Source: an uncultured Methanosarcinaceae archaeon
Lineage (GTDB): Archaea > Halobacteriota > Methanosarcinia > Methanosarcinales > Methanosarcinaceae
Length of the DNA stretch: 64,000 nt
Assembly: GCA_963847185.1 (NCBI GenBank)
Contig: CAWJYV010000010.1
Span: forward strand, 288,001-352,000
Direction: 5' to 3'
The notes below the pieces were generated by a model, which saw nothing but the letters and a program-made list of their open reading frames with translations, was not told the origin of the DNA and ran no database searches. Positions 31,110 through 42,525 of this stretch are shown one piece after another (the first letter of the stretch is position 1; every line of letters starts with the position of its first letter). Both the position numbers and the translations under genes were made by a program.

Positions 31110-31838
31110 TTAAGCCAGCACAGACGTCTCACCTGGCCTGCTCACCAGTTCTAGGAAAAACTCTTCGAAGTTTCTGCCCTGAAGAATAGGATCATCAAGG
31201 CGACCTGTATGAACCAGTTTTCCTTTGTAAATGATTCCAATGCTGGTACAGATCTGTCTTGCAATTTCAAGGATATGAGTGGAAATAAAAATAGTTCCCC
31301 CGTTTTCCACATAACCTTTGAGAAAATCTTTGACTTTCCGCTGCATTACAGGGTCCAGGTTGATAAGAGGTTCGTCAATAATTGCGAGTTCCGGCTCATT
31401 CAGGAAAGCCTGGGCGAACATCAATTTTTGCCTTGTGCCTCTTGAAAGATCTTTGCACAATGAATTTTTCTGATATTCGAAATCAAAGAATTCAAACCAT
31501 TTTTCACAGACATCCTCATACTGTTCCATTTTCCTGATCTTTGCAACGAAATGAAGGTACTCTTCTGCAGTCAAAAAACTGGGTGGAGTTTCCTGTTCAG
31601 GAATGACGCCTACCAGCTCTCGAACCTTAATGGGATTTTTGAGTACATCCACGCCGTGCACTCTTATGGAACCGGATGTGGGTTTTATTTGTCCGGTAAT
31701 CATTTTGATCATAGTCGTTTTTCCTGAACCGTTCGGCCCCAGAAGACCAAAGAGTTCTCCTTTCCCAATGGAAAGGGAGACGTCATTTACTGCTTCTGTA
31801 CTTCCGTAAGATTTAGAAAGATTTCTTACCTCAATCAT
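31110..31838 (-). CDS. ABC transporter ATP-binding protein
   Basis: GPNGSGKT, LSRGTRQK, IIDEP, STH. Confidence 0.93.
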   Translation of the reverse strand: MIEVRNLSKSYGSTEAVNDVSLSIGKGELFGLLGPNGSGKTTMIKMITGQIKPTSGSIRVHGVDVLKNPIKVRELVGVIPEQETPPSFLTAEEYLHFVAKIRKMEQYEDVCEKWFEFFDFEYQKNSLCKDLSRGTRQKLMFAQAFLNEPELAIIDEPLINLDPVMQRKVKDFLKGYVENGGTIFISTHILEIARQICTSIGIIYKGKLVHTGRLDDPILQGRNFEEFFLELVSRPGETSVLA

Positions 31839-32500
31839 ACTTAAGTCTCCTACAAAACAAAATTTTTCAGGCAAATAAAAGTACAATACCAATAATAGGG
31901 CTAGTAGAGTCAATCAGAGAATCAATTGTAGAATCAATCATAGAGTCAGTAATTTTCCCCGAAACAACGAAGATTCAAAGAATCGAGGTGAAAATTGGAG
32001 GGTTCACTCATAGAAAATTTTTATCACCGAAGAGTATTCTCTAAAAATATATAAAAGATTTTCTTACGTTACCCTTGAATCAAACTCCTGATCAAATCAG
32101 GATGTAAGATTCCACCCTTCTTTTGTTTCCATGAAAAGGACAAAAGCATCATAATAGGCTTGTTTCACAAGCCAGAAGAAAAGCACTAAGTTCACTTTCA
32201 ATTTCATTCATAGAAAGCATAAAATCTGTTTTTATCCTGAAAATTAGCTTTTCAGGCTCTACACAGCAAAAAGTAGTTGGTTCACCCTCAGTAGTTTATC
32301 CTGACATATCCTTTTTCCACTTCTGAAGGCTCCCTAGATTTTGGACTTGTGACTCCGGCATTTTCTGCAACCAGCTGGCTTGTACCAGCTTAAGACAGAT
32401 AAGCATGCATAGATTTCTGCTCGTTTCCAGTAAAACCTGATTTCTGAAGATTTTCTACAATTTTAAGATCATTTCATTTCCGCTTTTTCCTATCCTCTAG

Positions 32501-32971
32501 TTAAGCAGACTTAGCTTGTTGACTAGCAGCTTTCCTTAAAATCCTCACTATTGTCTCGAGACTCTGTATATAATCCTCTATATCCTTCTCATCTGCAAGC
32601 TTAAGGATTTCATCAGTGATTTGATTAGAATAGTCATAACATTCTAATCCCTTCTCAGTCAACGAAACAAGCACTTTCCTTCGGTCTTCAGGATCACTTT
32701 TCCGAAACACCATCCCTTTCTTTTCAAGATCATCAATCATCCGGGTGAGGCTGCTTTTATCCATGCCTGTGTAATTCCCGATCGTTGAGGGCATAATCTC
32801 ACCTTCCATGCCAATGATCTTGATCACCATAGGCTGATTCTTGCTCAGTCCCTTAAATTTACTAATAATTTTTTTCTGAAAAGTTTGTTCAAAAATCAAA
32901 TTATCAAGAGCATCTCTTTCCATCATAAGAAGAATTATCTTCTTCAACATTGCTTCATCCATTTTATCCAC
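32501..32971 (-). CDS. MarR family transcriptional regulator
   Basis: MDKSSLTRMIDDLEKKGMVFRKSDPEDRRKVLVSLTEKG. Confidence 0.92.
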   Translation of the reverse strand: MDKMDEAMLKKIILLMMERDALDNLIFEQTFQKKIISKFKGLSKNQPMVIKIIGMEGEIMPSTIGNYTGMDKSSLTRMIDDLEKKGMVFRKSDPEDRRKVLVSLTEKGLECYDYSNQITDEILKLADEKDIEDYIQSLETIVRILRKAASQQAKSA

Positions 32972-33330
32972 TGTTCCTACCTATCTCGATTCTGCAGGTT
33001 ATAAAGCGTGTTTTTCCAGACAATAATTTAGGAGATAAATAAATTAAAATAATATTTATTTTTCAGTTATAATAAAGAGATAATTGAAATGGGAATGGTT
33101 GATAAATCAACATCATCTTAAACATATTTAAGCTCCACAGTTTATTTGTACACAAAAAACTCTAAAGTGCCAAAATGACTGCTTAAATTCTGCAAAAAAA
33201 TCCAATAATCTGTCCTTTTGAACTCAAAAACCCTTTAACAAGAAATTAATAGAAAGGAAGGTCAGATACCCTTTAAAAGTGTAAAAAAATATTTAATGAG
33301 TACTTAACAGACACGTAACAAACGCATAAT

Positions 33331-33393
33331 AAATACTGAAAAAGAAATGAAAATGTAACAAATACTGAAAAAGAAATGAAAATGTAACAAATA
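33331..33393. repeat. Tandem duplication, 2 x 29 bp AAATACTGAAAAAGAAATGAAAATGTAAC
   Basis: Directly visible. Confidence 0.9.
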
Positions 33394-33596
33394 GATAATA
33401 AAATGGGTTTTATTTCTGAATTATTTCCAGCATTTTATTTTCGGAAATAAAGATGATTAAAAGGTTTAAAATAGAATCAGGCTAAAGACTTAGAACCTGG
33501 CTACAAAATTAATTTTATTTAAATTTATCTCACCATCATCCTCTGCCTGGGGGCCTGTTCCTGAAAGAAACGCTTCTTGAGATCAAATCTTCATTT

Positions 33597-35084
33597 ATGG
33601 ACTACTTTAAAGAGAGGGAAGCTGAAATTAACGGCTCTCTTCTTGCAGTACTGTCTGGGGAAAATATCCTCTTCCTCGGACCGCCTGGAACGGCAAAAAC
33701 CCAACTTGCAAAAAACATCTGTCAATCTATCGAAGGAGGGAACTTCTTTAACTACCTCCTTACCAGTTTTTCAACTCCTGAGGAGATCTTTGGTCCCCTT
33801 TCCTTAAAAGCCCTGGAAGAAGACGAATTCCGCCGAAAAATAGACGGCTGCCTTCCTACTGCTCACATTGCTTTACTTGATGAGATCTTTAAAGCGAGCA
33901 GTGCAATTTTAAACAGTATGCTTACAATTCTGAATGAGCATAAGTACCATAATGGGAGAGAAATTGTAGATGTACCTCTCCTTTCAGTTTTCGGAGCATC
34001 AAATGAACTTCCTGACGAAGACGAGAGCCTCGAAGCCCTTTATGACCGCTTCTTGTTCAGATATAGACTCTCTTACATCCAGGATGATGAAAACTTCCGA
34101 AATCTCCTTTTCCGAAATCCTGAGGATTTTGCTCCCTGTACACAAATTTCGGTCTTCGAAATAGAAGAACTCCGCAAGAGTGCAAAATCCATTCCTGTTG
34201 ACCCTGATGTTGAAGTAATAATAACTGAGCTTCGAAAAGTCCTTCAGATTCAGGAAATCGAAATTTCGGATAGGCGCTGGAAAAAAGTTATACAGGTCCT
34301 GAAAGTTGCAGCCTGCAGCAGCGGGTGCTCGGCTGTTGATCGGACAGCAGCTCTTTTACTCCAGCATATGCTCTGGAACCTTCCTGAGGAAAGGGAAACC
34401 ATAAGAAAAAGGGTCTTCGAGCATGTGGTCTCAGGAGGGGTCAGTACCGAAAAACTCTACCTTGATGCTGAGGATCTGAAAAATGCCCTGTATACTGCCC
34501 TGAATAACGAACTCCCGGCAGAAGTCACCTGTGATAGCTGCGGGGAAAAATTCAGGCTCAGGCAGGAAATAGAAGCTCACCATACTGCCTATCCGAACCA
34601 TAGTTATACTCTTAAAAGAGAAGGGGACTCAAGAATCTATACCTACGAGAACCTTGTGAAAGAAATTGATTCTTTTTATAAAAATTTGGAGAAGCAAAGC
34701 AACTTATCCCCGACCCAGAGAGAGATTTTCAAAAAAGAATTAGATGCCCTGGCTGGTAGGGCAAAAAATATAAAACAAAGGCTTGAGGAAGAAAGGGGAC
34801 TTTTCAGGAACCTGATGGAAGCAAATATCTGGCTTTCGACCCTGGACAGGAACGAAGCCCTGCTTTTGCACGATACAAAAAATGTGGAACTGGCCGAAAT
34901 CGAGGTTCTAATTAAAGAAATAAAAACTACTCTTGGAATTCAGGACAGCGGACCTTATACTACAAAACAGCATTCTTCAGGCTTGCAGCCTGCAAGACTG
35001 GAAGCAAATATAGAGGAACGTGATTCGGACAGCAACACAGGCGGATTTATAAGAGGGCTTGGATCGAGGTTCAAGTTTAGATGA
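33597..35084 (+). CDS. RavA-like MoxR AAA+ ATPase (possible CTG start at 33561)
   Basis: GPPGTAKT, FSTPEEIFGP, LLDEIFKASSAILN, ASNELP, ALYDRF, ISDRRWKK. Confidence 0.9.
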   Translation: MDYFKEREAEINGSLLAVLSGENILFLGPPGTAKTQLAKNICQSIEGGNFFNYLLTSFSTPEEIFGPLSLKALEEDEFRRKIDGCLPTAHIALLDEIFKASSAILNSMLTILNEHKYHNGREIVDVPLLSVFGASNELPDEDESLEALYDRFLFRYRLSYIQDDENFRNLLFRNPEDFAPCTQISVFEIEELRKSAKSIPVDPDVEVIITELRKVLQIQEIEISDRRWKKVIQVLKVAACSSGCSAVDRTAALLLQHMLWNLPEERETIRKRVFEHVVSGGVSTEKLYLDAEDLKNALYTALNNELPAEVTCDSCGEKFRLRQEIEAHHTAYPNHSYTLKREGDSRIYTYENLVKEIDSFYKNLEKQSNLSPTQREIFKKELDALAGRAKNIKQRLEEERGLFRNLMEANIWLSTLDRNEALLLHDTKNVELAEIEVLIKEIKTTLGIQDSGPYTTKQHSSGLQPARLEANIEERDSDSNTGGFIRGLGSRFKFR

Positions 35085-35141
35085 TAGGGAAAGCCTGGGT
35101 TAAAATTTTAAAAAAAATAAGTTTATCTTAAGTAAGGTTTC

Positions 35142-36813
35142 ATGAGACAGAGGTGTTGATACGAAAGATTCGGCCAGTTTTCTAAACAGCCTGAACAGTA
35201 CCTCCTCTGAATCTCACTCTTTTTTTTCCAGAAGCAGGTCGTGGCATGAATCTCTTACGGTTCAGAAGCAAACCGCCTTACTGCTGGAAAGGGAATTGAG
35301 AAGTACTATCGCTTTTCCCAGGATTCTCCCCCGACCCCTGCGTGAGAAAATTGCTGAGATAATCGCATTTGAAATCCTTTTCGGGCAGCCTTACGAAATA
35401 AAGGACCCTGAAAAGTTTATAAGGCATTTTGGGGGCTTCTATCCTATTTATCTGGCTTTGAAAAACTCTAAACCCTGGCCCAAACTTCGAAAGATCTCAA
35501 AAAAGAGCCAGAAAGCTGGAATTGCCTGCCTGAAGCTCCTTCTCCCTCTGATATATTCCCTGATGGAACGTATTGCAGCAGAAGGAGATTCTGAACCAGG
35601 TGCAGGAACATTTGAGGAACTGAATGAAGAGATGAAAGCTATTTTGAGAGAATTTGAAAAAATCCTCAAAGACACTCTTCTCTTATGGGAAAACAGTAAT
35701 TCAAACGAATTATCCGGGAAATTTCAGGATCTTAATCGAAATCCAGAGCAATCTGATATTTACGGAAATGTCATTAGCCTTATGCAGATGGAAGGCTACC
35801 AGGCCTTTCTGGAGGGCAAGATGGAAGAGCTGTACCTGCGGATGCAGGAGTTCATTTCGGAAATGGTAGAGAACCTGGACCTTTTTGATACTCTTGCTCT
35901 TCTATTCCCAGAAAGAAACTGGACTTATTCCATAAAGGAGCTTAAAAAAGAACCTTTCTACCTGCAGCTTAAGACGCTGAAAAATTACTCCTCCTTTTTT
36001 GAAAAAAGTCCTGATCTAAGAAAAATTGTTGATTTTATCGGCAGGAGAGAGTTTGACCCTCCAGCTAACCGCATACGCTTCTCTCCTTTCGGAAAAAACA
36101 GGATACAAACAGTTCGTTTCTCAGATTCCATCAATAACCTCCTTCCTATAGAAGCCGAAAAACTCCTGAATCCGTCACTAAAAAGGAAGTTCTATGCAGA
36201 TATGCATGAGGGAAAACTCCTGAGCTACCAGCTTCTTGGAAAACACTATACGGGCCCTCCGCGAATAAAGCCAAGAGGCCCTATGATTGTGCTTGTTGAT
36301 ACCTCAGGCTCTATGCATGGAGCTCCCCAGACCCTTGCCAAGGCTGCAGTGCTTGCTATGGCAAAAAGAATGCTCTTCCAGCAAAGAGACATGAAAGTTA
36401 TCCTTTTCGCCTCTACAAGCCAGCACCTGGAAATAGAACTCAGCAGCAGAAAAAAGATGCCTGAAAAATTTCTGAACTTCCTTCTCTACACCTTTGGAGG
36501 AGGAACGGACTTCAATACTGCCCTTGCCTCAGGCCTCAAATCCCTTAAAGAAAAGGACTTCCAGGGTGCAGACCTGCTTTTCATTACAGACGGAAAGTCC
36601 CAAGTTTCTGACGAGCTTGTGCTCGCCCGCTGGGAAGAGGCAAAAAAGAAATACAACGCAAAGGTTTACTCGCTAATAGTTGGGAGTAGCGGAGCAGGCG
36701 GGCTTTCGGAAATTTCGGATTATACCTATTTTGTGGAAATGGAACTTGATTCTGAAGGCACTGGCGGGTTTGTGAGACTAATAGAGCTGGATAAGAAAGA
36801 ACAGGGTGTCTAA
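35142..36813 (+). CDS. ViaA-like VWA-domain protein; frame open from ~35146, ATG 35142 is one base out of frame (track start 35296)
   Basis: GPMIVLVDTSGSMHG MIDAS, FGGGTDF, ADLLFITDG. Directly downstream of the RavA-like gene. Confidence 0.88.
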
Positions 36814-37062
36814 ACAAATATATCATGCAGTTTATATAATATTTTTTGAAAACAAGAATTTTAAACAAATAATCTATTTTAAACAAATAACCTACTTTGC
36901 GTAAATTTTTTAAAGAATCCTATAATGAAAACAATAGCATTAGCAACGCATAACTTCTATTTTAAGATTTAATATCATAAAATTTATAAGGGAGATGTTT
37001 AATATCTAAATTAAGGAGTTAATACAGTAAAAACAGTAAAAACAGTAAGGAGGAGTCAAAAT

Positions 37063-37362
37063 ATGACGTGGGTATTTAAAGAATATTCGGATTTGCCCGG
37101 CAAATTCGAAAAGAAATCTTTTGAGCTGGCATTACTGGAAAGAGAATGCCGGAAAAAGAAGAGGGAGCTTTACAGAAAACGTGAAGCCCATGAAAGAGTA
37201 GATCCAAACCTTCTCGAAACAATTGAAGACCTTAATTCCAGGATAGTTAATTATCAACTCAGCCTTGTGAAAAGACAGGAACATATAAGAGAAATTCTAC
37301 AGGAATTTGATTCGCATCTCGATGACATGGATTTAGAAGAGCTTCATACTGTATTAAAATGA
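37063..37362 (+). CDS. Hypothetical coiled-coil protein (99 aa)
   Basis: GGAGGAG RBS, charged helical sequence. Confidence 0.75.
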   Translation: MTWVFKEYSDLPGKFEKKSFELALLERECRKKKRELYRKREAHERVDPNLLETIEDLNSRIVNYQLSLVKRQEHIREILQEFDSHLDDMDLEELHTVLK

Positions 37363-37617
37363 ATAGTAATCATAGATTATGAGGCTAATGAGTTTTCCAG
37401 TAAAATTTGTTCTTTTCTCCAATTCTGATTTCTTAAATGATCCAGCCTAAACTTACAGGAGTGCGCTATCTGGTTTGTGTGCTCCTTTTCGACTTTTCCG
37501 GATTAATTAAAAAAGGGATGAGATCTTTTGAGACGAATACCCATTATGCAGGCTATAAGAGAGACACATTAATACAGGCATAAGCCTTTTTCAGTAAAGC
37601 TCTTTTCAGGTGAAAAA

Positions 37618-38076
37618 ATGGGAAGCCAGAAAATCCACTATGAACTCCAGCAGATAGAAGAGATTCTCTCAAAAGCCAAATTTCTTCACCTTGCCCTCTC
37701 AGATGCAGAGACTCCCTATATCGTCCCCATGGCCTTCGGGTATAAAGAAAATGCTATTTATCTCCACAGCTCTCAGAAAGGCAAGAAAATTGAGATTCTT
37801 AAAAGAAATTCCAGAGTTTGCTTCGAAGCCGATATTGAAACTGAAGTAATGACCGCTGACGATCCATGCAAATACAATGTCCGCTACAGGAGTGTCATCG
37901 GATACGGGCAGGCTAAGTTTCTGGAGGACTACGGCGAAAAAGTAGAAGGGCTTACTGTCCTGTCCGAGCATTACGGAAAAAAGGGACCTTTTGAGTTTGA
38001 AGAGTGGAAGGTTAACAGGCTGTGTGTGATAAAGATTGAGATAGAAGAAATGACCGGAAAAGAGAATAGGTTCTAA
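37618..38076 (+). CDS. Pyridoxamine 5'-phosphate oxidase-like / Nim-family flavin-binding protein
   Basis: PYIVPMAFGY, IYLHSSQKGKK, VCFE, YRSVIGYG, MTGK. Confidence 0.9.
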   Translation: MGSQKIHYELQQIEEILSKAKFLHLALSDAETPYIVPMAFGYKENAIYLHSSQKGKKIEILKRNSRVCFEADIETEVMTADDPCKYNVRYRSVIGYGQAKFLEDYGEKVEGLTVLSEHYGKKGPFEFEEWKVNRLCVIKIEIEEMTGKENRF

Positions 38077-38242
38077 TCTATGACGTTTCTGAGAATTTTA
38101 CTGTAAATCATTGTAAAACAATAAATTTTACAGTAAACTTGAATTTCAAATTTACCGTAAAATATTTTCCATTATAGCAATAAAGAATCTATTCAGAGAC
38201 AAAAGTTTAGCTTAATTATTTCATTTCCAAATTAGTAAACTT

Positions 38243-39073
38243 TTAGCCCAGATAATAAGCAAAAGCACTCAAAACCAGCCTGATTAAAGAAAAAACAACC
38301 GAAACCATCGAAAAAGCCAGCAAATAAACATTCAGAGCCAGAATACCCATGAAAAAACTGGAGATGTCAGCATTAAGAATCAGGGCTATTATATTTACCA
38401 GCAATATGAAAATGAATATTGTGACCAGGCCCCTTCCTGCTCCCTTAAGGTCTTGTTTACTCAGGGCTATATGAGAAGAAATCCCGATTGCAAGGGCAAA
38501 ATAGATCCAGAAGCTTACTGAAATCATGTTTTCTGGCGAGAAAATGCTTTTAAAAAGTTCAGCTGTCAACGTGAAGATTTTCGTCATTATATACTCGTTT
38601 GGCTGGCTGGCGTCAAGGCTCAGATAGTTTGTAAAGGTTGCAAAGGAATTAGGCAAGAAAAGGTACATTCCAAGGATTAGAGCTGCCGTTCCACTAAAAA
38701 TGGGGCCCATGCCTATGAAAAAGTTTCCTATTTTCTGATATAGGCTTTTTGTATTCCACCTGTGGTTGACGTACCCAAGGACTCCATCCTTTGCTTTCCT
38801 GTCAAAAAGCTTGAATTCACTTACCTCATGCCTGAAAAGGTAGCACATCAGCAGGTGGCCCAGTTCGTGGACCGGGGTTCCTATCCAGGCTGTAAGCATA
38901 ATGCCTTTCCAGCCAAAAGCTCTCTGAACATAGAAATTCGATCTGTTCTCGATAATCCCCAGCACCATGCCTATAAGGATCAGAGAACCTGTGACGCAGA
39001 GGGTTTCGAACAGGCTTAATCGAAAAATAGTTAATAATTCGTTTTCCAATTTTTTCAACTTCCTAATTTTCAA
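38243..39073 (-). CDS. Membrane protein with an HExxH putative Zn-metalloprotease motif
   Basis: GTPVHELGH, LGYVNH, GNFFIGMGP, several TM helices. Confidence 0.8.
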   Translation of the reverse strand: MKIRKLKKLENELLTIFRLSLFETLCVTGSLILIGMVLGIIENRSNFYVQRAFGWKGIMLTAWIGTPVHELGHLLMCYLFRHEVSEFKLFDRKAKDGVLGYVNHRWNTKSLYQKIGNFFIGMGPIFSGTAALILGMYLFLPNSFATFTNYLSLDASQPNEYIMTKIFTLTAELFKSIFSPENMISVSFWIYFALAIGISSHIALSKQDLKGAGRGLVTIFIFILLVNIIALILNADISSFFMGILALNVYLLAFSMVSVVFSLIRLVLSAFAYYLG

Positions 39074-39357
39074 CTTCCTTTTACTTCTAACTCCCTTTTA
39101 TTATATAAGGAGAACTTCATGCCTCCAGATTAATCAAGAGTGAAATTCCACTATAGTTTTGCTTCTTAAATGAGTTTATTTCTTAATATTACGGGATTGA
39201 AGAAGTATAATCCTCATGCTTGTGCCCGCTAAATTCAAAAAATCTGAAAAGGAAAAGTTGAAAGAGTCAACTACCTATTTCCGAGCCGGCTAATAGACGT
39301 TCATGTTTAAGTCCCAAAAATCACTGTGGTTTGCGAAATCAAACCAGATTGATTCTT

Positions 39358-39759
39358 TCAACAAGCTTCGATGTCATTTTCGCTTGAAAGATCAAACCAG
39401 ACAGGGTTTTTGTCTTCAGGGTCCCAGTTATAGTTTATTGTAATTTCTTCGCCTTCCTGGATATCTCTGATACAAACATATTTTAAAAGTCTGTTGTCAA
39501 AGTCTTTGTAGTATCTTGCGTTAGGGGTGTACGAATGGTTGTAAAGAGAACCGTAGCCCAGTGCAATAGCTGCATCTTTTGATTCCGGACCCCAGGCAAA
39601 GTAATAATTGTAAAGCTGAGTAAGCTCAAGTGAATCTATTTCTTCGGAGGATAAGACTATTACAGGGGAGATTTCTATCACTTCATCTTTTTTAAAATTC
39701 CTCTGTGCAAATACTCCCCTACCTTTTCCTGGTGAATCTTTCACGCATATAGACAACAT
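39358..39759 (-). CDS. SET-domain protein-lysine methyltransferase
   Basis: GKGRGVFA, SLYNHSYTPN, RDIQEGEEITINY. Confidence 0.92.
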   Translation of the reverse strand: MLSICVKDSPGKGRGVFAQRNFKKDEVIEISPVIVLSSEEIDSLELTQLYNYYFAWGPESKDAAIALGYGSLYNHSYTPNARYYKDFDNRLLKYVCIRDIQEGEEITINYNWDPEDKNPVWFDLSSENDIEAC

Positions 39760-40013
39760 ATGACCACGTTCCTGCAGGATATTAAAAATTGTCTGAGAAC
39801 TTTTTTGAATTATTTTAGTATTTTGAAAATTCAAATAATTTATAGGTTTCCCTCTGAAAAGATATGGGGTGATCCAGAAATTATTCCAAAAATTAAAAAT
39901 GTCTGGACAATTAAAATAATCCTGTAAACACAAAAAGAAAGAACTTCAAACTAGTTCCAGTTACTAAATTTGTTCTGGATAATCAGGCAATTCTATAATC
40001 GGTTTTACTACAT

Positions 40014-41336
40014 TCAATCCTTAGCCAGTGAGACTTCCTGGGAATCATCATGACTTACAGGTTCCTTTTTGAATTCAGGGCCTTTATCCGTGCTCTTGAG
40101 AAACCTGAAGTAACCAAGCCCGATTAAAAAGATCGGATATATAATTTTCCAGGAAAATCCGGAAGCCAGAAAGCTAAGAGACAGAAGAGAAAGAATCGAG
40201 AAAACCCACCTTTGCCAGCCAGATTCTGTTTTCCAGTAAGCAATTATGATAAACCCGCATAGGAAAATAAAATTCTGGTTTACAAGTAGCATCATAGAAG
40301 TAAGAGGAAACTTGAAGACGTAGCTCCCCGCTATCAGGAAAACAGACAGTCCATAGAGGCCCACAAGGCTGTATACGGGAATATCTTTTTTTGAGAGTTT
40401 TCCGAAGATTGCAGGGAAAACACCTGTCCTGCCCCCGGCATAGATCAGTCGGCTTGCCGTAAAATTCCAGGAACATGCATTTGCTGCAAGCACCACAACT
40501 ATAAACCATACAAGAAAGTTTCCTCCAGGCGTGAGCAGGACAAGACCTGAAAGACCCGCAGCACCCTTAAGAGAAACACCTGCAGTACTGGCTCCGACGC
40601 TTATCAGGGCAAGAACAATATAAATTGCAGCTACAAGAGCAAAACTCAGCCAGTAGAGGCGAGGCACGTTTTTTTCCGGATTCTCCATTTCTCCCAGGGA
40701 AAAAGAAAGGTTCTCCCAGCCCAGAAAGGCCCAGAAAAGAAGGGCTGTTACTTCCCAGACCGCACTCGGGCTTACACTTCCTGTCCCATTCAGGGCTTCT
40801 CTGGCAATTTCCAGGCCTGAACCGAGGAAATCAAGGTTAAAAATAATAAGCAGGCTAATTAGCAGGAAAAGTATCGTAAGGGCCATGTAATTGATCAGGG
40901 TAATAGCTCTTGTTCCAAACAGGTTTGAGAGAAACATGAGGGTTACAAGAAAGATTGCAAAAAGAGCAACTCCCGATTCTGAGACCGGAAAAAGCTGCCG
41001 AACATATTCGCTGCCAATGAGAGCAACAGCAGGAAGCCCGAAAAGGAAAGATCCACCTACAAGGTAAGAGACCGAATATTTTCCCCAGGGCCCGACAGCT
41101 TCCTCGGCATAGCCTGCAAGGCCGGCAGTCGAAGGGAATTTCAGGCCGAGGCGTGAGCAGATCTGAACTCTTGGAATGGTTACAAGAGCTATAAGGAGCC
41201 ATCCAATTATTGCTTCATATGCATTTCCAGCGCCAAGAGCCAGGCCAGGCAGTGCAAGGATTCCTGTGCCTATAAGCATGCAGATTGCAAGCCCTATGCC
41301 TCGCCTGAGAGTGATTGTTTTTCTTAGTTCGGTCAT
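40014..41336 (-). CDS. APC-family amino acid permease
   Basis: LIGTGILALPG, FWAFLGWE, EMENPEKNVP, SRLIYA. Confidence 0.9.
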   Translation of the reverse strand: MTELRKTITLRRGIGLAICMLIGTGILALPGLALGAGNAYEAIIGWLLIALVTIPRVQICSRLGLKFPSTAGLAGYAEEAVGPWGKYSVSYLVGGSFLFGLPAVALIGSEYVRQLFPVSESGVALFAIFLVTLMFLSNLFGTRAITLINYMALTILFLLISLLIIFNLDFLGSGLEIAREALNGTGSVSPSAVWEVTALLFWAFLGWENLSFSLGEMENPEKNVPRLYWLSFALVAAIYIVLALISVGASTAGVSLKGAAGLSGLVLLTPGGNFLVWFIVVVLAANACSWNFTASRLIYAGGRTGVFPAIFGKLSKKDIPVYSLVGLYGLSVFLIAGSYVFKFPLTSMMLLVNQNFIFLCGFIIIAYWKTESGWQRWVFSILSLLSLSFLASGFSWKIIYPIFLIGLGYFRFLKSTDKGPEFKKEPVSHDDSQEVSLAKD

Positions 41337-41468
41337 CTTAGTTCCTTAAGTTACCAGTAAAACAATTTGTAATATTTATTTGTTCGCAAACAGGTTCCAG
41401 AATCATTAAATGCACCCATTAACCCATTTCTTACTTATTAACTCATTTCTTCCTTTATTCAACGATCT

Positions 41469-41933
41469 TTACCAGGATAACACACCCAGGTACTGCAAAA
41501 TAGCAATAGAAAGTGCAATAAAACTGAGAATGAGGAACACGCCTGAAATCCGAATGTACCTGTATTTAGTATCCACCATTTTCTCGAATTTTTCCTGTGA
41601 GCTGATGGAAGAATTTATATTGACCTCATAACTTTTTCTGAAGAAAATCATCACAGCAAAAATAAGGCTTAACAGTCACAGGACAAGCGGAGCCAGATAT
41701 ATCAGGACAGAATGCCCTTCTGCCAGTTTTATATCGGAAAATGTAATCGCATGAAAGTAAATCCCCTGAAGCAGACTTGTAATGGTAACAAATTGTTTCG
41801 CCGTATCCTCCACAACTGAAATAGATTCCCCGACAATCTTTTCAGCGTTCTTCTTCCAGAAAGGATTGGGCTCGGAAGGAACGAAAGGAATATCTCCCTC
41901 GCCAGCCCCACTCTCAACTTTCCTCTCAGTCAT
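41469..41933 (-). pseudogene. Three-TM membrane protein with an in-frame TGA at 41676-41678
   Basis: Track ORFs 41676..41969 and 41469..41654 are in the same frame: ..YLAPLVL*LLSLIFAVMIFF.. (probably TGG>TGA). Confidence 0.75.
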
Positions 41934-41935
41934 GT

Positions 41936-42142
41936 TTATTTTATTTCCCATTCGAATCCTTTCCTGCAATTGGGACAGGCAAGGTCTACATATACGTATT
42001 TAGGAGTCTTTCGGCTGGATACTCTCACAACATTGGAAAAACCTAACCTTACTGCAACAGTTTCCCCATCTTCAACAATTTTTTCTATATCAGTACGGTA
42101 TTTGTACTCGCAGTGAGGGCACTTTATAATTTTCGAATTCAT
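41936..42142 (-). CDS. Small Zn-ribbon protein (68 aa)
   Basis: CPHC...CPNC. ATGA-coupled to the upstream ORF and 2 nt from the downstream ATG. Confidence 0.8.
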   Translation of the reverse strand: MNSKIIKCPHCEYKYRTDIEKIVEDGETVAVRLGFSNVVRVSSRKTPKYVYVDLACPNCRKGFEWEIK

Positions 42143-42525
42143 TCTTTAACCAGCCTTTCAAGAATCCTGAGTCCACTGCTATTTTTCTGAGCTTCCTTCA
42201 TTGACTTATTGAAATACTCTCCTAGCTCACCAGAAGATACCCTGTTGAAAATAATTTTTCCAAATTCGATGTGCGGCTCTTCTCTTCCCACTACTTCCCC
42301 TGTTTTCGCTTTCTCTTTTTGCTTCTTTGAATCTTCAGGTACTTGAGTAACCTTTTTCTCTATATCTTGAAGCATCTGAGAGAGCTTCAGGTCTTGCCTG
42401 AGTTCGAAATCGTGACTTGCAACAACATTTCCACCCTCAAGAATGGAAGCACGGTATAGATTTGAAGATGCTTCAGGAGGTCGGGTAAATTGAAAATCGA
42501 GAGAAGAGTACTCCAAAAAAATCAC
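42139..42525 (-). pseudogene. Probable N-terminal remnant of a CHAT-domain protein (internal deletion)
   Basis: YRASIL...HIEFGKIIFNRV..GELGEYF.KS...GLRI resembles the segment that precedes CHAT domains. The ORF then ends abruptly in LERLVKE. Confidence 0.5.

Noticed and set aside
41676-41678. Stop-codon recoding (Sec or Pyl)
   Set aside because: The codon is TGA inside a TM helix where Trp fits. Pyl uses TAG and Methanosarcina is not known to use Sec. No convincing in-frame TAG read-through was found in the window.
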